Shown here: positions 1-13,322 of the stretch, one piece after another
How the letters are laid out: every line of letters begins with the position of its first letter
Numbering within the stretch: the stretch's first letter is position 1
NCBI RefSeq assembly: GCF_009914755.1
Contig: NC_060927.1
Reading direction: 5' to 3' (one strand)
DNA: 64,000 bases
DNA from: the human T2T-CHM13v2.0 reference genome, Homo sapiens
The notes under the pieces: generated by a model
Told to the model about the DNA's origin: nothing
What the model saw: the letters and a program-made list of their open reading frames with translations, nothing else
The model's database searches: none
Position numbers and translations under genes: made by a program

Positions 1-229
1 TATATATTTATGGTGCTTTGAACATGACATTTTGAAATGCAGGAGGTAAATTTTTATGTGAATCTAAAAAGGGCAGCAGTTTTAAATAGTCTGAGTTGGT
101 AAGTTGCTTCTGTGGGCCAATTATGACAGGGTTAATGTGTATATTGGAAAGAGGTAGGGTAGAGAACAGCAGACACCCTGGGGAGGGGAGGAGACTGTCC
201 CAGGATCATGAGGCCAGGGATTAGGATAT

Positions 230-342
230 AAGTGCTGAGGATCTCATCTGCTTGATCCAGCTGTATCTGCAGCATCTAAATCAATGTTTGGCACATAGAC
301 CAGGCTCAGTTAATATTTATTGACTGAATGCATTAATGAATG
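230..342 (+). mobile_element. L2 3'-end remnant overlapping the A4GNT 3' end
   Basis: ggcacatagaccaggctcagttaatatttattgactgaatg resembles the L2 terminus (ggcacatagtaggtgctcaataaatatttgttgaatgaatg). Confidence 0.6.
316..321 (-). terminator. A4GNT: Probable A4GNT polyadenylation signal (AATAAA)
   Basis: tttatt on + is AATAAA on -, about 530 nt past the stop codon. Confidence 0.6.
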
Positions 343-432
343 TCAAAATCAGGACTAGAAATCAAGTCTCTTTTTACCTCAGTCAATGCTCTAACAGGTC
401 CTGGAATTAATCTTACTGTATTAAATAGAACA

Positions 433-736
433 TGTAGCAAAACTGTTAGCTGCCTATCCCAGTACCCATTTTTTCTTCCTCCTTAAACTTCCCAGCCTCT
501 CTTGCAGCTACATCTCAGTCAGTGCAATGTAAGAGAAAGTGTTATACGGTACTTGCAGGAAGTCTTCACAAAATAAAGCAAGTGCACCTTTCCTCTTTTC
601 TTCATCCTACTGCCTGAAATGCAAACATGGTGGGTTGGAGGTCAAGCAGTCAAATGGACCATGGGTGTATGTTTTATAGCCAGTATCATTTGGGATTTTT
701 CTATTACAGACAGAGAAAGCTAATCCTAACTGACAT
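433..736 (+). mobile_element. Old MaLR (MLT1-like) LTR remnant within the A4GNT 3' UTR
   Basis: Contains cccagcctctcttgcagcta and ends gctaatcctaactgaca, resembling old MLT1 LTRs. Subfamily is uncertain. Confidence 0.4.
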
Positions 737-850
737 TTGAGAGGCAACCCTCTGCCCACCCCGCCAAGAGACAGTGGAGATCAAGTGAAAATGTGGCACT
801 CCAGGAAATGTCCATTTCCACACTGCAGCAGCAGCAAACGAGTGTTAGCT

Positions 851-1465
851 TTATTTGTTACCTGGACCCAGCTCCCCAGTCACTGACCCCTCTGGGCCTT
901 TAATCAGGTCCCTGTAAGTCCTGGGACAGTGCTTGCGATAGAGATTTTCCACCAGTGTGTTGCTTCCTCTAATCACAGCCCGCCCCTCCTGGTTCATGTG
1001 GTTCCACAAATGCAGGGCATAAGAGACATTGAAGCTTGGCTCTGTATCCCACACTTCATAGTAGCGCCTCCACTCTCGATAGGAGATGGGGTAAAATCTT
1101 TGGGGGTGTAAGAAGGATATGTTCAGACACCTGAGGTCGCTCACCTCCTGGAAGTCTTCAAGTTTACACCATACCCTCAACATCCTTGTCATCAACTCAG
1201 GGCCTTGGTTGCCCCAAATGGCTGAATTATAGTGTTCAACAAAGTTTTCCATGCATTCCCACAAAAAGGGGTGGTGGGGGAGGAACCCAAATATTCCATT
1301 ACTAGAGTACCGAGAAGCCTGCGCAGCCAAAAAGTTCTCCTCAGGGATGGGCCTGATGGAGATGACATCGGTGTCCATGTAGATGCCACCGTATTTCCAG
1401 ATGATGGCCAGGCGGGATGCATCCGAGCTGATGTGGAGCCAGTTTCTCTCTGCGCTGGCGTTGAT
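851..1465 (-). CDS. A4GNT: A4GNT last coding exon (204 aa + stop; GT32 catalytic part with DXD motif)
   Basis: Acceptor ctgcag|ATC at 1467/1465, phase 0. Encodes INASAERNW...SDASRLAIIWKYGGIYMDTD...WGNQGP...ALHLWN...GPGNK*. With the upstream exon it totals 340 aa. Confidence 0.97.
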   Translation of the reverse strand: MNASAERNWLHISSDASRLAIIWKYGGIYMDTDVISIRPIPEENFLAAQASRYSSNGIFGFLPHHPFLWECMENFVEHYNSAIWGNQGPELMTRMLRVWCKLEDFQEVSDLRCLNISFLHPQRFYPISYREWRRYYEVWDTEPSFNVSYALHLWNHMNQEGRAVIRGSNTLVENLYRKHCPRTYRDLIKGPEGSVTGELGPGNK

Positions 1466-1974
1466 CTGCAGGAGCAGGTGCAAATCAGCCCCAAGTAGCC
1501 AGGGGAAGAGGGAGGGGCATCACAGCAGGAGGCCAGGCCCAGAGAGGCTGGGGAGGGGTTAAAGAAGCCAGCTTCCCAAAATCCTATTTGCCACAGCCCG
1601 ATTTTGCAAGTTTACCAAACTTACCTCACTCTAAAATTTTTCATTTAAGTAAAAAGTTTGCAGCAATCAGTATCAATGGGAAAGTTTTAGCAGCTTTTAA
1701 AGATTTCATGAAATGGTTTTTTTAAAAAAACATTAAAGCATTGGAAAGATAAAGAAGAAATCCAGAAAAGATTTCACTATGCACTGTATGAGTCATTCTT
1801 CAACGTGGGTGTACATAAACTACAAATATGTAACTGTAGAGGAAGAACCAAATAAAGCCCTTAAAATGCTAACAACTGACAATGAAAAAAATCAGTATGT
1901 CTGCTATTTGAAAAATTGATAAAAAAATCTTAAAATGCATACCTTTGCTCATGTATTAATTCCTTTATTATTAA

Positions 1975-2860
1975 AGGAATTAATTTATTGAGGGCCTATT
2001 TACTATGTGCCGAATTCTATTAAAACTGCTAAGGATACAGCAGTGAACAAACAAACAGAAATCCCTACTGGGAGGAGACAGATAATAAATAAACCTTCTG
2101 TGTTGGATGCTGACAACAACTATGAAGAAAAAAAGCTGGGTGAAGGGACTGTGAAGGGGCCAGGGTGGAGCGCTGTATTACGTTAGTTCCCCCAGAAACT
2201 GGAATGAAGTGGGTGGATGAACCATGCCCATAGCTGAGAAAAGAGAGTTCCAGGAGGAGGGAACTCCTAGAACTCTCTTCTCTTGCAGTAGAGATTGTCC
2301 ACCAGTGTGTTGCTTCCTCTAACCACAGACCTCCCTTCCTGGTTCATATAGTTCCACAAATGCAGGGCATAAAAGTCACTGAAGCTCAGGTCTGTATCCC
2401 AGTGAATACAAGGGCCCTGAGGCAAAAGCACACATGCCATGTCTGGGAACAAGGAGGAGGCAGTGAGCTGAAGCAGAGCTGAGAAGGGAGTGGGGTAGGC
2501 AATGAGATCAGAATTGGAGAGGGGTGGGGAGGGAGGCCGGATCATGTAGGCTGGGGCCAAGACTGAAGTTATTTGAAAGGTTTAGAAGAAAGGAGGGAAG
2601 TGATCTCAATTACTCTTCAAAGGGTCACTCTGGCTGCTGTGTGGAAATCAGTCTGGGGTAGGGTTGGTAGATGGCAAGGGCAGAAGCAAACGCAAGTTGG
2701 GAGTCGGTTGACATAATCCAGACATGAGATGATGGTGCTAACAGTGGGGGTGAGGGAAGGGCACATAATGAAGATGAAGCTGGTCAGGATTTGCTAATGG
2801 GCTGGGTGTGGGTGGGAGAGAGAAGAGTCACAGATGACTGCAAAGGCTAAAATGTGGGTA
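1975..2860 (-). mobile_element. L2 element in A4GNT intron, interrupted at about 2265-2400
   Basis: L2-typical blocks: tttattgag..ctatgtgcc, gttccagg..gggaac, agggccctgagg, ggtcactctggctgctgtgtgga. Confidence 0.75.
2282..2401 (-). pseudogene. Intronic 120-bp partial duplicate of the last A4GNT coding exon (932-1051)
   Basis: Gapless manual alignment at offset +1350 gives 105/120 identical. Translates WDTDLSFSDFYALHLWNYMNQEGRSVVRGSNTLVDNLYCK versus WDTEPSFNVSYALHLWNHMNQEGRAVIRGSNTLVENLYRK. Confidence 0.95.
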
Positions 2861-3105
2861 AAACAGAAAATGACTTTAAAAAGAATAAAAATAAATCAGC
2901 ATAAATGTCAATGTTCTCATATGGAATGCTAAGATTCTGAAGAGAAATAGAAAGCAAAATGTTTTGTTTGTTTGTTTTTTAATTTTAAATACATTGGTTA
3001 AAAGGTTAAACAACCACCCCTGGCTTTTGACAAAATAAACAGTCTTTAAAATTCTGCTATCGAGTCAAATGAAAGCAGGTCAACTAAAACTTGCAGAAAT
3101 CTTCA

Positions 3106-4234
<1,129 letters not shown>

Positions 4235-4834
4235 TCAGAGAACAGTTGCCCATCCCCACCCTATGCCCATAATTCTCATTCCTGGGCATCATCAAGGGCT
4301 ACAATAGCCCAGATCAGTGCAGAAAACCCAGTGGTCACAAGGAAGTGATGGCACCTTAGATCTTTCCTAACAGGTGGTTCCCAGCTATCCTGTGGTGGCC
4401 TAACTGGGGAAGCACATGCCACAGCTCAGTATCCCTAGGGTATTGTGGTATGATCCCTATAGATGTACAGCCTACTGTAGTATTCTGCAGGCTCAGATGG
4501 AGCAAACACTTAGGAGCTCTCTAGCTCAGAGCCCATCTTGCTCCTAAAATCCAACATAGTAAAATTAAGGTGCAGCTCAGAGCAATCTAAACTGTGTTCC
4601 ATGGAACATCAGTGCCAAGAGATTATTTGTCACACTGAAAGAGGGTTCCATGCTCAAATAAGTTTAGGAAGTGATGGGTTGAATCCAGTTAGATTTCTTC
4701 AGTTCAGAAAGATAAAGAGGCTTTAATATCCTCATGTGTGTGATTCATCTGTAAGAAAAGGATGTGGTATGCAGCTTCTCCCAAAATAATTTAATTACAG
4801 ATTTTTTTCAAGGAGCAAAATACAATTTAGGCAG

Positions 4835-5250
4835 TGTGTTAGGCTGTTCTTGCATTCCTATAAGGAAATATCTGAGACTGGGTAATTTATAAAGAAAAGA
4901 GGTTTGATTGGCTCACGGTTCTGCAGGCTTTACAGCAAGCAAAGCAACAGCATTTGCTTGGCTTCTGAGGAGGCCTCAGGGAGCTTTTACTCACAGCTGA
5001 AGGTGAAGCAGGAGTAGGCGCATCACATGGCGAGAGCAGGAGCAAGAGAGAGAGTGGGGGTGGGGGGGTAGGTGCCACACACTTTTAAACAACCAGATCT
5101 CACGAGAACCCACTCACTATCCTGAGGACAGCACCAAGTCGTGAGTGATCCACCCCCATGACCCAATTACCTCCTACCAGGCCCCACCTCCAACAATGGA
5201 ATTACAATTCCACATGAGATTTGGTGAGGATATATATTCAAACTATATCA
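4835..5250 (-). mobile_element. MST/THE1-family (MaLR) solo LTR
   Basis: tgtgttagg...gagactgggtaatttataaagaaaagaggttt...aactatatca. TG..CA ends and a 5-bp TSD ggcag/ggtag. Confidence 0.9.
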
Positions 5251-5754
5251 GGTAGCGTTAGTCTAGCCCAGGCATCAGGAAACTTGTAGAGTCCCAGAGC
5301 ACCCTCTAGCAAGTTAGCACTGAGAGCCACAAAGACCAAGCTGGGGTGTCCCCTCCACTCCCAGAAACTGCCTCCCTACCCCTCTGCCCGCCCTGCCACT
5401 GTGCAGGGCAGTGCCACCTGCTTGTTGGGAACTCTGCTGTTGGCAGCTGCCAACACAGTGAAAACTCAATCCATGAACTGCCCCACCTCCTCCTGATGGG
5501 TCCCAATTTGAGGACTTCAAGTTTCTTCAGAAGGAGAGATATGCACTTTGGGATGTAGAAGTCACTGGGGCCAAGAATAAACTGACCCCAGGAGCCATTC
5601 CCAGCCCCAGCCCCTACCTTTCTGGCCCACCAGATCCCTCCCCATCATGTCTGTCACTTAGTCCAAAAAATGTCTCCAGCTGACAGCAACTAGGTACAAG
5701 CATGCCCTCCACCCAGGACAGTCCACCCAGTTCCCAGGCAAATGAGGTGGGTCA

Positions 5755-6220
5755 GGGAGTAGGCTAAATAATGGCTACCCAAAGACCTCAGGTCCTAATT
5801 CCTGGAACCTGTTAATGTTACCTTATATGGGAAAAGTATCTTTGCAGGTGGTCATTAGGAACCTTAAGATGGGGAGAGTATCCTGGATGGGCCCTAAATG
5901 CAATCACAAGTGTCATTTAAATGGATAGACAGAGGGAGATTTTACACAAACAGAGGAAAAGAGATTTGAAGATGGAGACAGAGACTGGAGTGAGGGGCTA
6001 TTGGCCAAGGAATGCCAGCAGCCACAGAAGCTTGTCAGAGGCAAGGGATCATCCTTCCCTAGGAACTCAGGAGGAAATGCAGCCCTGCCAGCAGTTTGAT
6101 ATTGGCCCAGTGAAAATAATCTGGGACTTCTGGCCTCCAGAACTGTGAGAGAATGAATTTCTGTTGTTTTATGCCACCAGGTTGGTGGTAATTTGTTACA
6201 ACAGACGGAAGAAACTACCA
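5755..6220 (+). mobile_element. MLT1 (MaLR) LTR
   Basis: Contains cctggaacctgttaatgttaccttatatgg, gccaaggaatgc and ctggcctccagaactgtgagagaatgaatttctgttgttt. Confidence 0.8.
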
Positions 6221-7434
6221 CAAGTACCTTCATAATATCCTCAATTTTACCACCTTAGCCCACAAGGCCGAAAATATTTACTATCTGGCCCTACACAGAA
6301 AAAAAAGTTTGGTAATATTTGCTACAGCCTATGATTAGAATTTAGACAGAACTTTATGTGGCAAGCAAATAGTATTATTTTTGCTTGTGTGTTTGTTTGA
6401 GACAGAGTCTCGCTATGTTGCCCAGGCTGGCCTTTGAACTCCTGGGCTCCAGCGATCCTCCTGCCTTGGTCTCTGGAGTAGCTGAGACTACAGGTGCATG
6501 CCAGCACACCCAGTGTGAATAGTATTATTTTTATGTCAATGTTTAGATTACTTTTTGTTTTCTAAAATAATGTTATTTATAAAATCAACACATTCTCATC
6601 ACTAAATTCACTCCTAATCCAATTATACGAAAACACCTACTATTATTGTGTGTTGTAGAGTTCTTTCAGGTCTTTTTTTTTTTCAATAGATGTGTGTGGG
6701 TTTTTGCATAACTTAAATCGTTATAACTATTATAATTACATTATGACATAAGGTGGTTTTAATTCCATATTGTGTTATAGTCTTCATAGGATGTCAGTTT
6801 TAAAAAATTATAGTTAAAGCCTGCATAATGGAATCATTGAGTTGTTGTACTATAATTTCTTTAAGCAACCTGATTTCAGCTCCTCTATAAGAGAAATATT
6901 AGACTGGCACATTATTCCCTTATTCTGGTTCACTACAAACTTGGGGATTACAAAATTCCTCTAAGCTCCAGGAGTTTCTCAATCATATCTTAATACAACC
7001 CAATCTCATATCGCAGCATTTCATCCATCCTTCATGAATTTTCTACTTACATCATTTTCATGTTAAATATTGCCTGGTTTCCACTTTAGGTGAAAAAAAA
7101 AATAAAGTTTAACATAAGTGGATTTAAAACTGTAGTGAAAAATAAGTGTCCTATACACCTAGAAAAGATATAAAAACTCATTCAGTTAAGAATAGTCTCC
7201 AAAGTAACCAAGATCCTAAAAGAAATAAGGCTAGAAGCAAAAGACAGCAGAATAAAGATGCACCTAATGTAAGTCTTCCCTCTTTATTTGAATCAGTTCT
7301 CAACATGGTAAAAAGAGGGCCAAATGAGAGTCAACCCAAATGTGGGTTCTATTCCCATCTCCGACCTGAGTCCTTACCCTCAGTTTACCCATATATACAA
7401 TTCGTTGACATTTTAAGTTTCCCTAAACACTTAC

Positions 7435-7842
7435 TTGATTGTACCATGAAAACAATGGTGTGTCTTCAAGCAGCCTTTTCATATCCAAAGGGAAGAGGAA
7501 AACGTTGTCTATTGCTGACAGGAAGGAAAAAGCTGGGTATGTGGAGTTTGAGGGCATCGGTGTGGAATCAGTAAGACCCTTCATAAAGAACACCACAGGC
7601 CACTCAGGATAAATCTTGGCAGCAGACTCTACGGAACAGGAGACCAAATGGGGTGGCTCCATTCTCTCTGAGGTCTCTAGAAACACAATGCCACGTCTGT
7701 GGCTCAGGAGGGCTTCCAGCCCCTGGTGGGACTTGAAAGAAGGCAAACAGAAGAGGCAGCTGGACTTCAGGGTGAACTGGTAGAGGAAGCCACAGACAAG
7801 CAGCAAGGTGACTGACAGGGAGAGCTGGAGCTCCTTCCGCAT
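7435..7842 (-). CDS. A4GNT: A4GNT first coding exon (136 aa; type II membrane anchor and stem)
   Basis: ATG at 7842 in context gacATGc. Encodes MRKELQLSLSVTLLLVCGFLYQF (TM)...IVFLETS...CSVESAA...SWYNQ. Donor CAA|gtaagt at 7435/7434. Confidence 0.97.
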
Positions 7843-7929
7843 GTCCTCTTCTCTGTGCCAGCCTGCTCCTTTAAATCAACACAATTAATTAAAAATCACA
7901 GCTGCAAAACCTGACAAAGATAGCACACA

Positions 7930-8690
7930 AGAAAATGATACATGAATATCATTTAAAAACTTAAATTTTAAATATCCTAAATAAAATATGATGAAATCAA
8001 GTCCAGCAATATTAAAAAAAAAATGCAGCCAGGCATGGTGGCATATGCCTGTAGTCCCAACTACTAGGGAGGCTGAGGCAGGAGGATCCCCTGAGTCCAA
8101 GAGTTCAAGACTAGCTTGGGCAGCATAGTGAAAATCATCACAAAAATTTAAAAAAAAAGAAAAAGAAAAAGACAAGAAATATGTGAGAAAGAAAAATGCA
8201 TCATAACCAATCAGGATTTATCTTAGATTTTAAAATGATTTGACATTAAAAATAATTAGTTAATAGGGAAAACTATTGATAAAATGCATTATCTTAACAG
8301 TCTAAAGAAGAAAAGCCATATGATCATTTTGGCTCAAGAGATGCCAAGAATGTGACTAACTTTAAGATCCATTCACAATTTTTTTAAAGTACAAGGAAAC
8401 TTTCTTAAGCTGATTTTAAACAATGTCTACCAGAACATATAGCAATTATCATACTTAATATGAAACATTTGAAACATCCCATTAAGATCAGGAATATGAT
8501 ATGAATGTCCATTGTCATTGTCACTGACATCATTGGTTACAATCTGATAATTGTAACCAATGCAATAAAACAAGAGAAATGAATTTCTACTACGAATATT
8601 AAAAGAGGCAAAAGTATCTCTAGGTTCAGAAAACATAACTGAAAAACTAATAGAACTAAGAAAAAAAATTAACAAAGGAAGCAAACTGAA
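7930..8690 (+). mobile_element. Degenerate L1 ORF2 fragment with an Alu monomer (about 8025-8170)
   Basis: L1-like phrases gaaaagccatatgatcatttt and cccattaagatcaggaat; no intact ORF. Confidence 0.6.
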
Positions 8691-8855
8691 GGCTAAAGAG
8701 TTAAATAAATTGCCAAGATCACACGATTAGCAAGTAGCAGAGCTGTGACTGTAACTTGCATCCACCTGCCACCAAAGTCCAGGCTCTGAACCGTTACCTG
8801 CAGTGCTTTCCTCACCAAAAATGTTAGCTCTAACCAAGGAGAACACAGATCTCAC

Positions 8856-8975
8856 GTCTTGGCAGGTCTATCTTTCAAATTACATATAACCCTTTTAGAA
8901 AATACAAAACAGTGAATCAGAGCCTAACTTCTAGCTGCAAATGCAGTTAACCAGTATTTGAGGTCTTAGAAATGA
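8856..8975 (-). other. A4GNT: Probable non-coding exon 1 of A4GNT
   Basis: Donor-like AAGAC|gtgaga at 8856/8855 in unique sequence about 1 kb upstream of the ATG exon. That exon has candidate acceptor tttaaag|gagcagg at 7868. The 5' boundary is approximate. Confidence 0.55.
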
Positions 8976-10572
8976 CAAGTTCTTCCTGCTACACTTTCTG
9001 ATAAATCACCACCCAATCTTCCAACTCAACAACACAGGGGTAAGTAAATCATTGGCAGATTGAGACTAAACACAAAAAGTTCCCAGGAAGCTCCTCCCTT
9101 TACTAAGTTCTCCCAAACACAGCCACTTGGGAACAAGAGGGGTTTACCAGATTTTTAAGGTGACCCACACACTAATCCTGCCTGTTTGTGGATCTATTAT
9201 GGGGGTTATAAAGGGATTATTTCACCTGGAGAAAACTGTATCCTGGCATAACCTTGGAGCCAACATATCCTGCACTTGATCAGTTTAGCTTGAATCAAAA
9301 TTATGGACAGAGACCCTGTAAGGTGGTACAAACTCCCCTTTGCAAGCACAAAGTTTGATTAAAAGGAAAGAGAGCCCATCACCACAAATAAGCAATGAAC
9401 AAAGCCCTGCAGTCCAAAGGCCCAGTGATCTAGAATGAGAAGTGATTCCCCAGTGTCAGTCACAGTGGCTGCAGGAAGGCTCCTTTTTCCCCAAGGTCCC
9501 CCTTATGGGGTATAAGCCTCGTCCCAGTCTCAGGAAGCCAGCTTTGTTGTCCTCCACTGATGTGGCAGTCCCCACATTTCCCAAGGTGTTAGCACTCACC
9601 TGTGGCCTATTCTCCACCGCCCCTGAAATGAGCTCTTAGCAATCTTCTTTGGAGCCATCCTCTGCTGAGAGTCACCTGTCTTGGCCATGAGCAGGTATTC
9701 ACAGTTCCCCCTGGATGCTCTAGTGTGAGCAGGTAGGCCTGCTCCTGAGCAGACTTTAGATTCTAACATAGCAGGTCCTACATGAAGGGAGTTAAAGCTG
9801 CCCCACTCATTGATGGCTTCTGGTTTTCTATGTGTCCAAGGACCCCAGAAACAGCTTGTAGGTCTCCACAAACCTCTTCCTTTTGGAGCTGAATTTCTTC
9901 TCTGGACCTCATTAATTCTGGGCTCAGAGTGCCTTGGCATCTTTCCAAAGTTCTCTGTAATTGGACAGATTGGTTGTTCTTTCCTATGAAGGGGAGTGGA
10001 GATTAGTGCTCCTGCTCCTTGCCCAGGGGTAACTAGAGGACCCCATCTGTGGGAGTGATAACACATTCCTGGGCCTCAGGTGGGTCACATATCTTAGTGC
10101 CTCCCAACTGCTAGCCCAGTGGCTAAAACTATTGAACAAGTGGTCAAGGCAGAGATCAGTGATGTAGTTAATGGCCTTTGTCAGGTGAGGATGAATGTGA
10201 GCATCAGCAATGCAGTGAAATCCCAAGCACAAAAGTAGGACCTATCTGACCAAGAACCAAGTAGAAAGCATGATGGAAGTAGCACTGAGCTTGGAGTTAT
10301 GCCTCCAGCCACCACAGGCTGAGGGCACTAGACAAGCCCCTAAACTGCCCAGAGCCTCAACTCCCTTGAAAAGTGCAGAAAATGACCGACCTCAGGCTCA
10401 CTGTGAGAATGAAAGTTCTCTTTAAACCAAAGAAGTTATTGTCACTTTCTACCAAGGAAAATAGAAGAGAAAAATAGAATTATATCAATATGGATGGTAT
10501 TTGTACTCCCTGATAACAAACATTAAGTTGTTTTGTTTTGTTCAGATGAGTGAAATCTATTCCCTATTCTAA

Positions 10573-10941
<369 letters not shown>

Positions 10942-13053
10942 TCAGAAGCCAGGTCACTGGTACTTGGAGCCTCTGTAGGTTCATAGCCCAAAGTCCTTCC
11001 TGTGTCTTTCTGAGAAGGCCTCCTGTCATCTGAGCCACTCTACCTGGAACTTCTCAGGGCCCCCAACATCCATCCTTCAGCATTCCCTTTGGTTTGAGAA
11101 ACAGAACTACTTTCCCTTCCTTCTGCACCCCTTTCTGCCTTTCCTGGCCTATACCACACTAACTTCTGTCTGTTCAGGCAGGTGTCACAGCAGCAGCTCT
11201 TAACCTGGACTTTACAGATCCCTAGAAGCTCCAAGGATGGGCTTCAGGAGACCCTGAACCCTGGCACCATATTTTACATCAGTACCTTAACCCAGGATGT
11301 CACTTGTCCATACCTTTTCCTACATATCACCTTCCCTAAGAAATGTCCCTGCTCCCTGACCCTCCTTGACACTAACTCTGCTCAAAATTCTTCTGGATTT
11401 CTTCACTACACAATCTCAGGCCTTCTCCAACTAGCCAAGCAACCCCTAGGAACCCCAATGTAGATATCTGAGTAGAGATGTACAAAGAACTACTTGTCTT
11501 TGAGCAATGGATGTGTCTGAATACAGCGATGGCAGTCACATATGCATTCAGGTGTTGTCTACTTTCCTAGGAATTTCTGAGTCGTGTGAAGAGTTCTTGC
11601 TTCCTCCATTATAATGTAAGCCAGACTTGGTCAATCCAACAGACTATGGAGCCTGGGCAATTGTTGCTGACTGATGAGAACTTAGGAAATGTGAATTGAT
11701 GTGGCCCCAAATAAATTAACAGGATAAGACAAAACCTCTGAATTCAGCGTTTTTCTATTATACTTGGATGTTTGGAACTAGTGTTAAAAAAAAAAAAAAA
11801 AAGGGCAGACCAGGGAGAAAAACCATAGAACTGGAGGAGAAGAGGAGACATTTCCCCAACTCTTCAGCCCTATGGATGACCTCTGATAACCTCAATTGAA
11901 AATAGTTCAGTGTTTGGCACTAAACTTCCTCCTTCTACAGGACCCACTGTATTAAGAAGGGGAAGTTAAAATAATTTTTTTAACAATAAATGTTTGTCGA
12001 ATTGAATTTCACATGAAAAGCACAATGCTTAATTCTATAGCTTCTTTGAACTCAGATTTATTGCAAGAAGGAAATTTTCAACCCAGCAATATTTGTCCTC
12101 TTTACTTTGGAGCCTTTGGAACCACAGTTCCTGTTTTAACATATTTGTTAAGCAAGCGGGGCTGATAAACTTGTTAAAGCATTCAGTTATTAACAGGGAA
12201 AAACCAATACACAAAGTGATATCTTATCAACAATGCCAATTCCCTTCACCACTGTTCTGAAGTTGGAACAAAGACTGGAATGCTGGGTTTACATGAATGG
12301 AGAGGAGATGGCTGGACAGAGGCATTTCACTGCAGACTAAGAACAATCCATAGCATAACACTAGGAAACCCATAGAGGAATAATAAAATAATTGACATGC
12401 ATTAAGGACTGACATTATCAACATTAAATCCTGAAAAAAGTAATTGTTAAAAAGTATTTTTCACTAAAAATCAATGAGTTAGCACCGGAGTAAAATCTCT
12501 TTGTCCCTTAGCAATATTTTAAACTGTTCTGCATTTCCAGGGAAATGAATCTAGCCTTGTGTATCTGGTGATAATGCTCTTTGTTCTCCACTCAGCCACA
12601 GCAGTCAAACATGCCCCTGTTTGCAACACTTTACATAGCTATCAATAATTGATTTCCGGGTTTGTTCTGGAAATTATTGTGTTCACACATGTAGTTTCCC
12701 CTCTTTGTTAAATTTACTTGCAGATAAAAGAGTAGGTGGGGGATAAGGTCAGGGAGATAAGGGGAAAAAAGTTAATAAATGTTCCCTATAAACCAGTTGT
12801 GCCCCAGACACCACTTTCAAAGACTGAAGAACAGGGTCTGCAAGAAGCCTATAGAAAAGAGTGGCACCTTTCTGAGAGCGAGGGGCTATTTGAAGCAACC
12901 TTGCTAAGTTCTGTAAGCCGGAGTTTAGTTCCTTTTTCCTGTAAGGAACAGAAATCAGCTTAGGGTCATCTATGCTAAGTGTCCACATGGCACAGGACTT
13001 TATAAAGCCTGAGTGTCTGAGAATGAGCACTTTCCAATATGGCTGAAAGAAAC

Positions 13054-13322
13054 TGTTATGGATTGAATGTTTGTGCCCCTCTATATGTTGAAGCCCTAAC
13101 CCACAATGTGATGGTGTTTGGAGGCAGGGCCTTTGGAGGTAAGTAGGTTTAGAATAGGTCCCTGAGAAGAAGGGGAAGATAGATCTCTCTCTCTCTCTCT
13201 CTCTTCATATACACCATGGAAAGGCTACGTGAGCAACATAGAGAGAAAGTGGCTACAATAAATGTCTGTTGTTTAAGCCACCCAAACTGTGGTATTTTGT
13301 TATAGCAGCCCATGCTAAGACA
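13054..13322 (+). mobile_element. MLT1A-like LTR (internally deleted)
   Basis: tgttatggattgaatgtttgtgccc...aataaatgtctgttgtttaagccacccaaactgtggtattttgttatagcagccc...aagaca. Confidence 0.8.

Noticed and set aside
1466-1483. ORF-track N-terminus MHLLLQ of the 210-aa ORF
   Set aside because: It is intronic acceptor sequence. The exon starts at 1465 after ctgcag.
7146-7574. 142-aa + strand ORF antisense to the first A4GNT coding exon
   Set aside because: Non-ATG start, no homology recognised, and it partly shadows the real exon.
9596-10066. 156-aa minus-strand ORF upstream of A4GNT
   Set aside because: No recognisable domain or supported splice structure; consistent with chance.
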